Shown in pieces: positions 43,976 through 45,256 of a stretch of DNA of 45,256 bases (position 1 is its first letter; every line of letters starts with the position of its first letter). The notes under the pieces are model-generated. The model worked only from the letters and a program-made list of their open reading frames with translations. It was not told where the DNA came from and ran no database searches. A program made the position numbers and the translations under genes. This DNA comes from an uncultured Flavobacteriales bacterium (GTDB lineage Bacteria > Bacteroidota > Bacteroidia > Flavobacteriales > UBA7312): NCBI GenBank assembly GCA_964003875.1, contig CAXFLH010000001.1, forward strand, positions 1 through 45,256, in the 5' to 3' direction.

Positions 43976-45256
43976 TTAAAGTTTCTTTTTTACTTCAACT
44001 TCTTCAAATCCTTCAATAATATCACCAACCTTAATGTCATTAAAGTTTTTGATACTTAATCCGCATTCATATCCGGAAGAAACTTCCTTAACGTCATCTT
44101 TAAATCGTTTTAAAGTGGATAGTTCACCGGAATATACTACTATTCCATCTCTAATAACTCTTACTTGGGTGTTTCTAGTCATTTTACCATCAAGTACATA
44201 GCAACCTGCAATGGTTCCAACTTTAGAAATTTTGAAGGTTTCTCTAATTTCAATATTACATACTATTTTCTCTTCAATGTCAGGAGACAACATACCTTCC
44301 ATTGCTTTTTCAAGTTCTTCAATAGCATTATATATCACGGAATAAAGACGGATATCAATTTGTTCGTTTTCTGCTAATTTTCTAGCATTAACTGATGGTC
44401 TTACTTGGAAACCAATAATTACCGCATCTGAAGCTGCTGCTAACATCACATCAGACTCTGAAATTTGACCAACAGATTTATGTATGATATTTACCGCTAT
44501 TAAATCCGTTGATAGCTTCTGAAGAGAATCTGAAAGCGCTTCTATAGAACCATCAACATCACCTTTTATAATAATATTGAGTTCCTTAAAGTCTCCTAGT
44601 GCCAATCTTCTACCGATTTCATCTAGAGTAATATGCTTTTGAGTTCTTACCCCTTGCTCTCTTTGAAGCTGCATACGCTTTGTAGCGATATTTTTAGCCT
44701 CTCTCTCATCGTCCATTACATTGAACTTATCACCAGCTTGAGCTGCTCCGTTTAAACCTAACAGTATGGCTGGTGTAGAAGGCCCTGCATCGGTCATTTT
44801 AGCATCTCTCTCATCTAATAAGGCTTTGACTTTACCGGAATAGCAACCGGCTAAGACGTAATCTCCAACTTTCAAAGTTCCTGCTTCAACTAATATAGTT
44901 GTTAAGTAACCTTTGCCTTTATCTAGAGATGCTTCAATTACAGTTCCTGTAGCGTTTTTATTAGGATTAGCTTTGAGATCAAGTAATTCCGCCTCTAACA
45001 ATACCTTCTCCAATAACTCATTTATCCCCTGCCCTGTTTTAGCTGAAATCTCTTGTGATTGGTATTTACCTCCCCAATCTTCTAGTAAAATGTTTATTGC
45101 TGATAACTGCTCTTTAATTTTATCAGGGTTGGCAGTTTCTCTATCTATCTTGTTGATTGCGAAAACCATAGGAACACCGGCTGCTTGAGCATGACTAATT
45201 GCTTCTTTGGTTTGAGGCATTATATCATCATCAGCAGCTATGACAATAACTACTAT
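43976..45256 (-). CDS. infB: Translation initiation factor IF-2, C-terminal part; the gene continues beyond the right edge
   Basis: The frame stays open to 45256 ([39 protein letters not shown], the G3/G4 NKxD region). Then IF-2 domains ...[20 protein letters not shown]..., ...[13 protein letters not shown]..., ...GFQVRP..., ...[13 protein letters not shown].... Confidence 0.95.
   Translation of the reverse strand: MVVIVIAADDDIMPQTKEAISHAQAAGVPMVFAINKIDRETANPDKIKEQLSAINILLEDWGGKYQSQEISAKTGQGINELLEKVLLEAELLDLKANPNKNATGTVIEASLDKGKGYLTTILVEAGTLKVGDYVLAGCYSGKVKALLDERDAKMTDAGPSTPAILLGLNGAAQAGDKFNVMDDEREAKNIATKRMQLQREQGVRTQKHITLDEIGRRLALGDFKELNIIIKGDVDGSIEALSDSLQKLSTDLIAVNIIHKSVGQISESDVMLAAASDAVIIGFQVRPSVNARKLAENEQIDIRLYSVIYNAIEELEKAMEGMLSPDIEEKIVCNIEIRETFKISKVGTIAGCYVLDGKMTRNTQVRVIRDGIVVYSGELSTLKRFKDDVKEVSSGYECGLSIKNFNDIKVGDIIEGFEEVEVKKKL

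Noticed and set aside
1587-45188. About 30 short (60-140 aa) ORFs in the track that lie inside longer genes, antisense or out of frame. Examples: 4453-4665, 6547-6732, 8997-9230, 15181-15432, 19614-19973, 20432-20851, 21722-22348, 32207-32545, 38359-39075, 39757-40059, 42679-43205, 44165-45188.
   Set aside because: Each is fully contained in a confidently identified gene with family motifs. Their compositions are low-complexity mirror images and they have no independent promoter or terminator signals. I treat them as frame shadows.
1-45256. A search by eye for CRISPR arrays, tRNA/rRNA genes, IS elements, integrases, phage genes, toxin-antitoxin pairs and known defence systems.
   Set aside because: I found no spaced direct-repeat arrays and no transposase, integrase or recombinase motifs. 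The longest non-coding stretches are 366 bp or less and contain no cloverleaf-like tRNA candidates that I could recognise. No ORF has nuclease, ATPase or methylase defence-type motifs.

Overview
This is a 45.3-kb, low-GC, gene-dense chromosomal segment that reads as Bacteroidota, probably Flavobacteriia-type. Supporting evidence: the type IX secretion translocon gene sprA (2386 aa), two proteins ending in T9SS type-A C-terminal sorting domains, TAnnTTTG -7 promoter boxes upstream of several start codons, and the alternative complex III (actABCDEF) plus aa3 cytochrome oxidase (subunits II and I) gene string known from Flavobacterium. Layout: (i) 1-354 is a truncated heme O synthase. (ii) 448-10132 is a minus-strand, tightly overlapping Wzx/Wzy-type glycan locus: OM barrel, GT4, sulfotransferase, GT2, SDR epimerase with a Cys/His insertion, Wzy-like polymerase, hexapeptide acetyltransferase, second sulfotransferase, Wzx flippase. 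It is visibly more AT-rich than the rest. (iii) 10138-22521 holds housekeeping genes deoC, tonB-like, vanZ-like, gcvH, sprA, ruvA, maeB. (iv) 22603-30391 is the most unusual part. A divergent pair of T9SS cargo genes (a small six-Cys protein and a thioredoxin-fold CxxC protein) flanks a 366-bp spacer containing an orphan terminator. A tight plus-strand operon follows: tlpA-like / 552-aa OM barrel / Omp28-like CxxC lipoprotein / two more OM proteins / ubiX. (v) 30609-43394 holds queG, ruvB, cox I, cox II and actF-E-D-C-B-A. (vi) The window ends with a SPOR-domain gene and the C-terminal part of infB. I saw no rRNA, tRNA, CRISPR array, transposase, integrase or recognisable defence system. All family assignments come from reading motifs by eye in the supplied translations; no searches were run. 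DUF and family names are recollections that need HMM confirmation.
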